From UHGV virus genome UHGV-0213309: DNA of 38,072 bases, one strand, 5' to 3'. The translations under genes were made by a program, and so were the position numbers. The notes under the pieces were generated by a model. That model did no database searches, had not been told where the DNA came from, and saw only the letters and a list, made by a program, of their open reading frames with translations. The DNA comes from a virus. This document shows, piece after piece, positions 7,236-15,414 of the stretch (positions are counted from its first letter, which is position 1; every line of letters begins with the position of its first letter).

Positions 7236-8786
7236 TTATTTGCGCGGGATTCTGGGCTTTATGGTCAATTCAAAGTTAGGCTCATTCAGATGACCGCGCT
7301 TATTTTTCGTTAATTTCTTGTATTCTATAGATTCTATGAGTAATTTCAACAACCGGTTGCGTTCCGGAATAGATAAATCCCAATAACAGGAAAGCAGATC
7401 TTCACAAGCCGGCAGGAACTGTTCTATATTGGCTTCTCTTTGGCGTTCCTTGTCAAGTTCGAGTTTCAGCTGGGCAACGTTTGATTCAGCTTCAGAAATT
7501 CGGTTTTGTAAACTGTCAGATCGCTCAAGAAAGACTTCTGTCGAGTAGACACCTTGTTCAAGCAGATCATACATGGTTCCCTTTTGCCGTAGAAGTTGAT
7601 CGAGTGTCTGTTGAGCTGATTCCAAAAGAACTTCTTTTTCCGGAATAAGACTCTTACTTGGCATCTGACCACTCAGACGATATCCTTCAACCCAGTCAGA
7701 AAGCGCGTTATAAACTTCTCGCTCAACAAGATCCAAAGGGCTGCCAATGGTAGGACAATCATATGTACTGCACAACATCAGATCATAAGGCACACGACTG
7801 GCGGTTCCGGAAGGCGGCCGGCGAATCATTTTCTTTTTGCACTCACTACAGACAATGATTCCGGCAAGTGGATTTTTGATAATGTTAGAACCGGCAGGTT
7901 TTGGGGATCCACAGCCAAGATAACTCTGAGCTTCTGCAAATACATCGTGATCGATCAAGCGCGGATGCCGGCCGGAAACAATGGTATAGTCACTGGTTCT
8001 CGGACGCGTGGTTGTGAGAACACCGTTTTCAACTGTCCTGACCACTTTTCGTTCGCCGATCTTAACGCATTGATCATACACAACATTAGAGAGAATTCCA
8101 CGGACGGTACTCTCACTCCAAAGTTTGGAATTACGCGGCTTTGTACCGTAACTGTTTAAAGTGCGAGTGATCGACCGGATACCGACACGTTCCGGACCGG
8201 TAAACATAGAAAAGATAAGCCGCACAACAGGAGCCTCGTTTTCATCAAAAGCAAGAGTCCATCCTTTCTCTTTTTCAAGTTTCACTCTCCGGAAACCGTA
8301 TGGCGCGGAGTTGTATGGCCACTTTCCCTCAGAGATAGCGGCATAACGTCCATTCTGCATCCTGCGCTTGATCGTCTTATATTCACGACGACTCATGAAT
8401 AATCCAAACTCAAAATACTCTTCATCGAATTCATTGGCAGGATCATAGGTTTTGGAAGGCGTGATGATTAGTGTGTTGGAATACTGAAATGCTCTCTGTA
8501 CAACTCCCTGATCTATTGTATCACCACGAGCAAGACGTTCTACTTCCATAACGAGCACACCGTCCCACAGGTTTTGTTCTACTTCGTGAAGTAACTGCTG
8601 CATAACAGGACGCGCAGCTATGGTTTCTCCGGACACAACTTCTCGATAAATATTGCTGATAATAAGGTTATTTTTCTTAGCAAGAGAAAGAAGTGCACGT
8701 TCGTGTCTGGCAAGAGTTTCCCCTTCACCATGCTGCTCGGCTTCAAGATCCTTTCTTGATTTCCTCAAATAAATACAATACGACAT
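7236..8786 (-). CDS. Large serine recombinase (integrase)
   Basis: RBS GGAGGTGATATC-ATG on minus strand. N-terminal resolvase-type catalytic domain (YLRKSRKD...). Recombinase domain, Cys-rich zinc ribbon and C-terminal coiled coil. ~516 aa. Confidence 0.9.
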   Translation of the reverse strand: MSYCIYLRKSRKDLEAEQHGEGETLARHERALLSLAKKNNLIISNIYREVVSGETIAARPVMQQLLHEVEQNLWDGVLVMEVERLARGDTIDQGVVQRAFQYSNTLIITPSKTYDPANEFDEEYFEFGLFMSRREYKTIKRRMQNGRYAAISEGKWPYNSAPYGFRRVKLEKEKGWTLAFDENEAPVVRLIFSMFTGPERVGIRSITRTLNSYGTKPRNSKLWSESTVRGILSNVVYDQCVKIGERKVVRTVENGVLTTTRPRTSDYTIVSGRHPRLIDHDVFAEAQSYLGCGSPKPAGSNIIKNPLAGIIVCSECKKKMIRRPPSGTASRVPYDLMLCSTYDCPTIGSPLDLVEREVYNALSDWVEGYRLSGQMPSKSLIPEKEVLLESAQQTLDQLLRQKGTMYDLLEQGVYSTEVFLERSDSLQNRISEAESNVAQLKLELDKERQREANIEQFLPACEDLLSCYWDLSIPERNRLLKLLIESIEYKKLTKNKRGHLNEPNFELTIKPRIPRK

Positions 8787-8939
8787 GATATCACCTCCGT
8801 ATATATTATGTAAAAAAGTACAAAAATAACAGCCATACACAGAACGTAAGTTCTGATTGTGCGACTGCACCGAAGATGATACAATATTCTTTGGTAAGAC
8901 AGTATCTCTTCGGAGTTACTAAAGCACATTGGCGTGTGC

Positions 8940-8985
8940 TTCCCCAGTTGACCGTTCCTGTTGGCGCAGGAGCGGTTTTTATTTA
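8940..8985 (+). other. Two adjacent hairpins sharing loop TTGGCG (AAGCACA..TGTGCTT and CCGTTCCTG..CAGGAGCGG plus T-run)
   Basis: Lies in the non-coding gap upstream of the recombinase start. Second hairpin is terminator-like on the plus strand, yet no plus-strand gene is upstream. Confidence 0.35.
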
Positions 8986-9600
8986 AGATATAAAACCATC
9001 ATCTTTTATCTGGAATATCTTTTTGTGTAGTGTTATCGTTGTCTTGAAACTTCTGGCCATCAAGAAGAACAGAGCTCCGAATATAATAAAGAAAGCACCG
9101 ATTCCGACAGACGTTGAGAGTCCGGCAAGTCCGAAAGCCAGTAAGACAACTGACATGATCATGGCGATTACACGGCACAATGAGAATGTAGAAATTTTTG
9201 TGCGTTTTCCATTTGCTTTTATGATTGAATCTCTGTCCTGATCAAGTACACATCCAGTTTGAACAAGCGAAATGTATTTTTTCTTCTCACTTGATGTCAG
9301 CACTTTCTCAAGCTTAGATGGAATCCGTACCTCAGGGATTTCTGCGGCAGATCCACTGAAAGAACTGTTGGAAGATGAACGCAATCCATTTCCACCGATC
9401 CCACGATATACATCACCGACTCCAAAGGTTGTCTTGTTATAGACTTTATTGTATGCTGCCTTCTTCGGATCCTTTATCCATCCGACACCTTTCTGTCCGT
9501 ATCCAGGAGACACGGATTTCTTAACAGCTCTTTTTACTTTTCCAGTTGTCTGAGCCTTAACACTTTTCTTCAAGCTCGGCGTTCTCATTCCTACTTTCAT
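8983..9600 (-). CDS. Lysine-rich protein with two C-terminal transmembrane helices
   Basis: RBS AAGGAAAAGGTGAT then ATG (minus). Basic N-terminal half (KKSVKAQTTGKVKRAVKK...). TM segments VIAMIMSVVLLAFGLAGL and IGAFFIIFGALFFLMA. Overlaps the 3' end of the channel gene. Confidence 0.5.
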   Translation of the reverse strand: MKVGMRTPSLKKSVKAQTTGKVKRAVKKSVSPGYGQKGVGWIKDPKKAAYNKVYNKTTFGVGDVYRGIGGNGLRSSSNSSFSGSAAEIPEVRIPSKLEKVLTSSEKKKYISLVQTGCVLDQDRDSIIKANGKRTKISTFSLCRVIAMIMSVVLLAFGLAGLSTSVGIGAFFIIFGALFFLMARSFKTTITLHKKIFQIKDDGFIS

Positions 9601-10362
9601 CGTTATCACCTTTTCCTTCATGTAGGCACTGCAGAGTTTTGCAGATTGCCTGAATATCATCGTCTGACAGTTCATCAAAGTTGTTCAGCTGGCTCTGTAT
9701 CGAGCTGATCAGAATATCTTTTGCGGTAGATTTTTCTTTGTCAGTTGTCTTTTGAAAGAAAACTGCTGTGATTGTGCTAGTCAGAGAACCGATTAGACCG
9801 ATTCCAACAAGCATCAGAACAGTTGCTATGATTCTTCCCGGAATTGTTGATGGTGAGATATCTCCATATCCAACAGTTGTCGCTGTAACAAAACTCCACC
9901 AAAAGCCATCTGAAAAGCTCATTCCTTCCGCATAATGGATGGATATTCCACCGATTGCAATACAGATCAGCGTTGCTCCGACCATATACTTAAATCCATT
10001 CAAGTCAAAGAAGAACTTTATATGCTTGTAGAGCCTTGCAAATCGTGCGGACGCTTTTGCTAGCTTCAAGAGTTTTAGCATCTTGAATACTTTGAATACC
10101 CTGAAAACTTTGAACAAAGAGTTGAACGGAATAATTGCAATCAGATCCAGTATGTTATTCCGAAAAAACTCTTTTTTATTTTTAGCAATCAGCAATCGTA
10201 ACGCATAGTCTACAATAAATATTGTGTTGATCGCAAAGTCAATGTCGCGCTGAATTGTAGAACATCCAGTTGTCATGTCATAGATTGCAAAGTAGACAGC
10301 TACGATTGCAAGTACGCTGAAAAGGAGATCATACAGAACAGAAAGTCGTTCTTTGTGCTTCA
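9557..10362 (-). CDS. Voltage-gated K+ channel (6TM; S4 with K/R every third residue; selectivity filter TVGYGD)
   Basis: RBS AGGAGAA 9 nt before ATG (MKHKER...). S4 FKVFRVFKVFKMLKLLKLAKASARFARL. Pore helix/filter WWSFVTATTVGYGDISP. S6 GRIIATVLMLVGIGLIG. Cytoplasmic C-tail follows. Confidence 0.8.
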
Positions 10363-10520
10363 TAAAACAAATTCTCCTGATTTCATTTAATATAATAAGC
10401 ACCCCATCTCTATGCAAGAACAAATGTTCGATAAAACCATTGATTTCTAAATACAAATGTCGTATGATGAAATCAAGGAATTTCGAAGAGTGTTCTTGCT
10501 GGGAACGGAGGGACTACATA

Positions 10521-10643
10521 ATGAGCAATGTATCTAAACAACTTATCATAGGAATGGTGAAGAAAATTGACGATTCAGATGAAAAATTTCTTCGCCAGCT
10601 CTACACCATATTAAAAAGACATTTAGAAAGAAGGAAGCATTAG
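10521..10643 (+). CDS. Possible small ORF (40 aa) convergent with repressor
   Basis: GGAGGG RBS then ATG. Ends in a hairpin shared with the repressor 3' end. Weak call. Confidence 0.2.
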   Translation: MSNVSKQLIIGMVKKIDDSDEKFLRQLYTILKRHLERRKH

Positions 10644-10657
10644 CTTCCTTTTTTTAT
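10632..10657. terminator. Bidirectional terminator hairpin AAGGAAGC-ATTA-GCTTCCTT followed by TTTTT
   Basis: Perfect 8-bp stem at the convergent 3' ends. T-run on plus strand. Confidence 0.6.
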
Positions 10658-11026
10658 GTTCTCTCGCAACTTGGCACTGAAATCACGGATTACTTCCTTT
10701 GATTTAGGAGACAATTCATGATATGTGTGCATGATTTCCTTAATCAACTTATATAAATCATTATCACTGTCTTCCAGCAATTCAGATACATAAGCAGCTT
10801 CTTCATCTTCTTCAGGAAGCTCCAAGAACATATCGCCAGCTCCAGATCGGAGCCATTCTTCATTTACATTAAATGTTTTACAGATCAATGAAATTACAGC
10901 ATCAATAGGCTCGTTTCTTCCTATTTCATAATTGGCTACAGCACCTCTTTTTATATTGAGAGCGTCAGCAAACTCCTGCTGTGTTAATTTTAGATTTTTC
11001 CGGAGTTCTTTTATACGTTCGTTCAT
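10640..11026 (-). CDS. cI-like repressor, XRE-family HTH (no peptidase domain)
   Basis: RBS GGGAGGTG-caac-ATG. N-terminal HTH LKLTQQEFADALNIKRGAVANYEIGRNEP. Divergent from the early operon across an operator-rich gap. Confidence 0.85.
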   Translation of the reverse strand: MNERIKELRKNLKLTQQEFADALNIKRGAVANYEIGRNEPIDAVISLICKTFNVNEEWLRSGAGDMFLELPEEDEEAAYVSELLEDSDNDLYKLIKEIMHTYHELSPKSKEVIRDFSAKLRENIKKGS

Positions 11027-11052
11027 GTTGCACCTCCCTTCGCTATGACTTT

Positions 11053-11081
11053 ATCATATCACAACAAAGCATATATATCAA
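11053..11081 (-). promoter_or_regulatory. PL-like promoter for repressor (TTGATA-17-TATGAT on minus strand)
   Basis: Reverse-complement reading gives TTGATA (plus coords 11076-11081), a 17-nt spacer, then TATGAT (plus 11053-11058). ~20-nt leader to the repressor RBS. Confidence 0.55.
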
Positions 11082-11089
11082 GATAAAAA

Positions 11090-11104
11090 TGCAACAATGT
11101 TGCA
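11090..11104. promoter_or_regulatory. Palindromic operator TGCAACA-A-TGTTGCA
   Basis: Perfect 7-1-7 palindrome between the divergent promoters. Related half-sites TTGCAAG (11121) and TTGCAAC (11143) overlap PR. Confidence 0.6.
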
Positions 11105-11113
11105 AAAACAGTA

Positions 11114-11142
11114 TTGACATTTGCAAGTATGTGACATATAAT
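11114..11142 (+). promoter_or_regulatory. PR-like early promoter, consensus TTGACA-17-TATAAT
   Basis: TTGACA at 11114-11119, 17-nt spacer, TATAAT at 11137-11142. Drives the rightward early genes. Confidence 0.75.
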
Positions 11143-11177
11143 TGCAACATAAGCACAAAACAAGTGAGGTGAATAAC

Positions 11178-11330
11178 ATGAGTGAAGAACAGAAAAGATT
11201 AATTGAAGAAACTGTAGAGAACCTAAAGCATTTAGACAAAGAAAGCCTCCTGGTAGTAAAGGGAAGCGTAGAAGTGCTCAAGGCAAGAGACGCAATGGAG
11301 AAAGATGGTTCAGAGAAGAAAGTGGGGTGA
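11178..11330 (+). CDS. Small acidic early protein in Cro position (no obvious HTH)
   Basis: RBS GTGAGGTGAATAAC-ATG. 50 aa. Confidence 0.45.
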   Translation: MSEEQKRLIEETVENLKHLDKESLLVVKGSVEVLKARDAMEKDGSEKKVG

Positions 11331-11403
11331 GAAGAGATGAAGAGAAAAATAGATTGGGCATCGTTTCCAGAACGACACCCGTGGCTTCCAACAATTATTT
11401 CAA

Positions 11404-11767
11404 TTATCGCATTAATCGCTGCATACACCAAAGGATAATATCATCAATGCCGTGCCCGTAAGACTTCATAAGGGCTAAAACAGAAATGATGGTTGTAATA
11501 GTGTAAGGAATCCATTTTTTGCGTGATTCGTTTTTTAAATAGCGAAGATAACCTTTTCCATCTTCAGTAATAGCATAGGAAAATTCACTAGCCATCGTAT
11601 CGACATCTATTGTTGACACGGAACGAGTGACAAATGCAGAAGAGACTAATTGATCTAGACAGTCTTCGGGAAGAGTGTTTGATTCAGGTGGAGCAATCGA
11701 AGTGACTTTCGAAAAATGCTTCAGCAATTTAAAAGATTCTTTACTTAGAAAATTAGTATTTGCCATG
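11404..11767 (-). CDS. Hypothetical protein with C-terminal TM helix
   Basis: RBS AAAGGAG then ATG on minus (MANTNFLSKES...). C-terminal IPYTITTIISVLALM hydrophobic segment. Confidence 0.45.
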
Positions 11768-11858
11768 AAAAACTCCTTTCTTTTGTACTCGGCCCTAGCG
11801 GGAGCCTGTAAGGAAAGTATAGGAGAAGAAATAGAAAATAGCAAGAGAGGTGAACGCA

Positions 11859-12101
11859 ATGAAGAGAAGTATTAATCACAAGAGATACAGTGGATATCCA
11901 GAAGAATTAAGTATGTTGAAAGGATTTAAGGTTGTTGGAGTCGGATGCGGAGATATCGACAAAGAGGGTGCAACAAGCATCATGCTGATGAATGATCACA
12001 ATGTCGCTGTTAACCTGAACATCACGGATGAAGGAACATACATCAGCGAGTTCTACGCACTGACAGAGGACTTTATTCCAAGAACCTATGAGGATGATTA
12101 G
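11859..12101 (+). CDS. Hypothetical protein
   Basis: RBS AGAGGTGAACGCA-ATG. 80 aa. Confidence 0.45.
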   Translation: MKRSINHKRYSGYPEELSMLKGFKVVGVGCGDIDKEGATSIMLMNDHNVAVNLNITDEGTYISEFYALTEDFIPRTYEDD

Positions 12102-12159
12102 AGAGGAGAAAAAATAGCAACAAGTACAAACCGTAACACATAAACTTTTCTAGGAGGTG

Positions 12160-12324
12160 ATGCAGGTGATCGTAGAGATCAAAAAGACAGAAAGCGGATG
12201 CACATATAAATTTGATGATTCTGCTTATCTGGGGAGAAGCGAAAAAGAGCATGAAAAAGTGATCAATGATGTATCAACTATCATAAACGAGCATCTGAGA
12301 TCAAGAAAGGATAAAACCGCTTAG
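12160..12324 (+). CDS. Small hypothetical protein (54 aa)
   Basis: Strong RBS TAGGAGGTG-ATG. Not in the ORF track because it is under 60 aa. Confidence 0.35.
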   Translation: MQVIVEIKKTESGCTYKFDDSAYLGRSEKEHEKVINDVSTIINEHLRSRKDKTA

Positions 12325-12345
12325 GCGGTGGAAAGGAGGACAAGC

Positions 12346-12627
12346 GTGCAACAGAGAGAATTTGCTTTATACAAAAGAAGGTTACTGAGTCTGATCCCAG
12401 GAAAATTGCAGGACATTCCGAACAGGGAAGTGAAGATCAAGTTTTTCCGTTCCAGCCTGATTGAGCAGATTGAAAAGGAAAAGGACTGGCAGTTCACCGG
12501 GGAACAGGCAGCAGAGCTGATCCGGATGGCAATTTATCCAGATCTGAGATCGGAGGAAGAACGGATGCAGTACGAAGATTTCCTCATGAATGGATTGGAC
12601 AGAGTTATGTCAGAGAATGAGAAATGA
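12346..12627 (+). CDS. Hypothetical protein
   Basis: RBS AAAGGAGG then GTG (or ATG at 12328). Confidence 0.4.
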   Translation: MQQREFALYKRRLLSLIPGKLQDIPNREVKIKFFRSSLIEQIEKEKDWQFTGEQAAELIRMAIYPDLRSEEERMQYEDFLMNGLDRVMSENEK

Positions 12628-12661
12628 GCCAGAAAAGAGGAAGAAGGGAGAAAGACCACAT

Positions 12662-12979
12662 ATGGATTATCAGGTGGAAGAAAACACAGGAACTGGGCTG
12701 CTGCTCTGGGACATTGGAAGAAGCGGACGAGTACGCCAGGAAGAAGAACAAAGGAGATTACATCATATTAGAATGAGCCTTTGGAGAACAAGATTTATCA
12801 CAGGAGTTGGAATGCTTGCAGGAATCTTCTACGCTTCCGGAGCAGCAATCACATATTCTGTATCAGTTGTTGCACCGGAGTCAACGCTGGAGCGCGTCCT
12901 GATCGGACTAGCTGTATCAGTAAGCTTCTATGCGCTGAATTCAATCGCAAAGGCACTGGAAAAACAGATAAAAAAATAA
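12662..12979 (+). CDS. Small membrane protein (2 TM)
   Basis: RBS GAAGGGAGAAAG then ATG. Hydrophobic segments ITGVGMLAGIFYASGAAI and LIGLAVSVSFYAL. Confidence 0.45.
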   Translation: MDYQVEENTGTGLLLWDIGRSGRVRQEEEQRRLHHIRMSLWRTRFITGVGMLAGIFYASGAAITYSVSVVAPESTLERVLIGLAVSVSFYALNSIAKALEKQIKK

Positions 12980-13130
12980 CACTTCCGGAGGTAACGGAAG
13001 TGTTGAATGCAAGACTTTTGTCTCGCAGATATTAAAGACAATATTATCTTAACATCTGTGGGGCAGGAAGTCAAGAAAAACGGGGATTCTGCCCCATTTT
13101 AATACTCGATTAAGATATTAAAGATAGAGG
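12978..13130. promoter_or_regulatory. Structured region upstream of rep: 10-bp perfect hairpin, imperfect 16-bp palindrome, terminator-like GGGGCAG/CTGCCCC hairpin with T-run, and direct repeat AGATATTAAAGA x2. Candidate origin/regulatory region
   Basis: AACACTTCCG-gaggtaa-CGGAAGTGTT at 12978-13004. AAGACAATATTATCTT at 13035-13050. AGATATTAAAGA at 13027-13038 and 13113-13124. Confidence 0.4.
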
Positions 13131-13133
13131 TAC

Positions 13134-13898
13134 ATGATGGCTACAAAGAGAGTAACACACACCTTCCGGAAGGGAGACATCCTGGAGGTGAAGGAATACC
13201 ATGATGGCAGGTATGGAGCAAGAGGACTGCCAAGAGAAAAGAAGAGAAAGCCGACACCGGAGCAGATGGCTGTTGTGAATGCTATGAATAAAGCAGAGAC
13301 AGCCAGACACAGATTGTTGGAGTACTTTGGAAAGGGAGACTACTTCCTGACATTGACGTACAAGGTAGAAGAGAGACCTCCGGACATGGCACAGGCGAAG
13401 AAAGATTTCACGAAGCTGATCAGTAAGCTAAGAGCAAGATACAAGAAAGAACAGATTGAGCTGCGCTGGATCAGGAACATTGAGAAAGGAACGAAGGGAG
13501 CATGGCATGTGCATCTCGTTCTGACCGGGGGCAGGGATACGATCCGCTGGGTGGAAGAATGTTGGCCGCATGGTGGAATCTATGCAGAACAACTGGAGAA
13601 AAGCAAATACTACGAAGAGGATTTCTCACAGCTCGCATCCTACATCACCAAAAACGAGAAGGTGGGAGAAAAGAGGGAGGATGGAAAGAGGGACAAGCCA
13701 AGACTTAGCGAATCCAGTTACAGCACTTCGCGGAACATGCCATTGAAGCCGCCAAAGAAAAAGAAACTGGCAAGATGGCCAAAAGAAATCAAACAGAAGA
13801 ATGGCTATTACATTGCCAAGAGCTATGAAGGAATCAATCCGGCTACAGGATTCAAATACCGGAGATATACATTGATCAGATTGAACAGGAGGATTTGA
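13134..13898 (+). CDS. HUH-type rolling-circle replication initiator (Rep)
   Basis: Motif I-like FLTLTY, HUH motif WHVHLVLTGG, downstream Tyr-containing SYITKNEK. Basic C-terminus. Confidence 0.65.
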   Translation: MMATKRVTHTFRKGDILEVKEYHDGRYGARGLPREKKRKPTPEQMAVVNAMNKAETARHRLLEYFGKGDYFLTLTYKVEERPPDMAQAKKDFTKLISKLRARYKKEQIELRWIRNIEKGTKGAWHVHLVLTGGRDTIRWVEECWPHGGIYAEQLEKSKYYEEDFSQLASYITKNEKVGEKREDGKRDKPRLSESSYSTSRNMPLKPPKKKKLARWPKEIKQKNGYYIAKSYEGINPATGFKYRRYTLIRLNRRI

Positions 13899-13901
13899 AG
13901 A

Positions 13902-14342
13902 ATGAAGACGGTGAAGATCTACATAGAAACCACGATCACAGGACCGGCAGCACCAAAGAGAGGAGGATATGCTGCAGCCTTAACATTTACAAGGAGAAAC
14001 GGAGATATTGAAGACCGATTCCTGAAAGGAGAAGAGGAAGGAACAACTTATAACCGCAGCGTGCTTCTGGCAATGATCTATGCACTGCAAAAGCTTAAAG
14101 AACCATGCAGAGTTGTGTTCTACACGAGGAACACGTACATCAAGAATATGATACTGGCAGATAATCCGGAAAAGTGGAGACGAGCAGAGTGGAAGAAATC
14201 AGATGGAAAAGGCATACAGAATCAAGATCTGTGGAAAATGTTCTTGGAAGAGAGCACAAAACACGAAATAGAAATTGTGTATGAAAAAGACAGCGAGTAT
14301 AAGGAGACGCTACAAGCGTATTTACAAGGAAAAGAGGTATAA
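13902..14342 (+). CDS. RNase H-like (ribonuclease HI fold) protein
   Basis: RBS AGGAGG within the rep 3' end. GGYAAAL...NRSVLLAMIYALQ...W..AEWKKSDGKGIQNQDLW pattern typical of RNase HI. Confidence 0.6.
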   Translation: MKTVKIYIETTITGPAAPKRGGYAAALTFTRRNGDIEDRFLKGEEEGTTYNRSVLLAMIYALQKLKEPCRVVFYTRNTYIKNMILADNPEKWRRAEWKKSDGKGIQNQDLWKMFLEESTKHEIEIVYEKDSEYKETLQAYLQGKEV

Positions 14343-14344
14343 AG

Positions 14345-14833
14345 ATGTTTGATAAATTTGGAGAATTTGATTCTTGCGAAGAAATCAACCGTGCTGCAAA
14401 AGCACAGTTGGAAGAAGGAGACCTGGAAGCAATCAGGACAATTGCAGAAGAGAACGGACTGGATCCGGAAGATGCAGAGGACTATTGCACCGGTGCAATC
14501 GAGGAGCTGACCACTCCATGTTTGGCCGCAATTGGAAAACTGGAACTGGAAGCGAAGGACCTGAAACTGGAAGGAGCACTGAAAGACTGGACGGATTCCA
14601 TCAAACAATCATGCATGGAAAATGAAGAGATGGCTCTTGCAGTCAGAAGAAAAGGAAAATCATTGAAAGGCTGCATGACTCTGATCTTGAAGAGTGCGTT
14701 CGGGGAAAAGACACAGCTAGACGACAGGATCACAAAGGCAGCAGGATTGACACCACCGTTGTACATCAGCATACCGGGAAAGGCACAGATCAAAGAGATC
14801 GTGAGAGAGTACTATCTGGGTGAGAAAAAATGA
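14345..14833 (+). CDS. Hypothetical acidic protein
   Basis: RBS AAAGAGGTATAAAG-ATG. Translationally coupled within the operon. Confidence 0.5.
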   Translation: MFDKFGEFDSCEEINRAAKAQLEEGDLEAIRTIAEENGLDPEDAEDYCTGAIEELTTPCLAAIGKLELEAKDLKLEGALKDWTDSIKQSCMENEEMALAVRRKGKSLKGCMTLILKSAFGEKTQLDDRITKAAGLTPPLYISIPGKAQIKEIVREYYLGEKK

Positions 14834-15414
14834 GAGTATACAAAGGATTCAATAAAAAAATTCAGGCAAAACACGGAAAAGGGACATTTCAGTACGAGAA
14901 AGGGAAGACCTACAAAGAAGAGAAAAGCAAAACAAGATCCACCGGATTCCATGCGGCGGAGTATATCCTGGATTGCCTGCAGTGGTATCCGATCGATGGA
15001 AAGAACAAATTCTTCCTGTGCGAAGCTGGCGGAAGTATAGACGAAGAGGATGGATGCTCGATGGTCGTATCTACAGAGCTGACATTATTAAGAGAACTGA
15101 CACTTATGGAGATTGCAATGGCGGCAATGGAATATATGATCATACATCCAAAGAGGGCATGGGAGAAAAGAGAAAGAGGTGCATACGCAGAAAAAGAGCG
15201 GTCAAAAGCAATCGGAGAGACAAAGATAGCGATCGCAAGGGGAAAACATCCGGAAGTGAAAGGCGAATACGGAACCGTGATCGGACTGATCGTAGAGGAC
15301 GAGAAAGGCAAGCCAGTGGCAGCAGGCGTGAGGAATGTTGACGGAATACAAGCGAAAGCGCATCAGATCTATTCCATGACAGAAGAAAGAGAATGGGTGG
15401 AGGTGCAGAAATGA
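14830..15414 (+). CDS. Conserved hypothetical phage protein (MRVYKGFNK... family)
   Basis: ATGA overlaps with flanking genes. N-terminal motif VYKGFNK..GxFQYEKGKTY...GFHA is recurrent in Firmicutes mobile elements. Confidence 0.5.
   Translation: MRVYKGFNKKIQAKHGKGTFQYEKGKTYKEEKSKTRSTGFHAAEYILDCLQWYPIDGKNKFFLCEAGGSIDEEDGCSMVVSTELTLLRELTLMEIAMAAMEYMIIHPKRAWEKRERGAYAEKERSKAIGETKIAIARGKHPEVKGEYGTVIGLIVEDEKGKPVAAGVRNVDGIQAKAHQIYSMTEEREWVEVQK

Noticed and set aside
7236-8870. Extended N-terminus (MQSHNQNLRSVYGCYFCTFLHNIYGGDI) of the serine recombinase
   Set aside because: The internal ATG at 8786 is preceded by a perfect GGAGGTGA Shine-Dalgarno and begins directly at the catalytic-domain motif. 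The extension lacks an RBS.
12781-13035. ORF 12781..13035 reading through the hairpins upstream of rep
   Set aside because: Overlaps a better-supported gene in another frame and runs across strong secondary-structure elements. No RBS.
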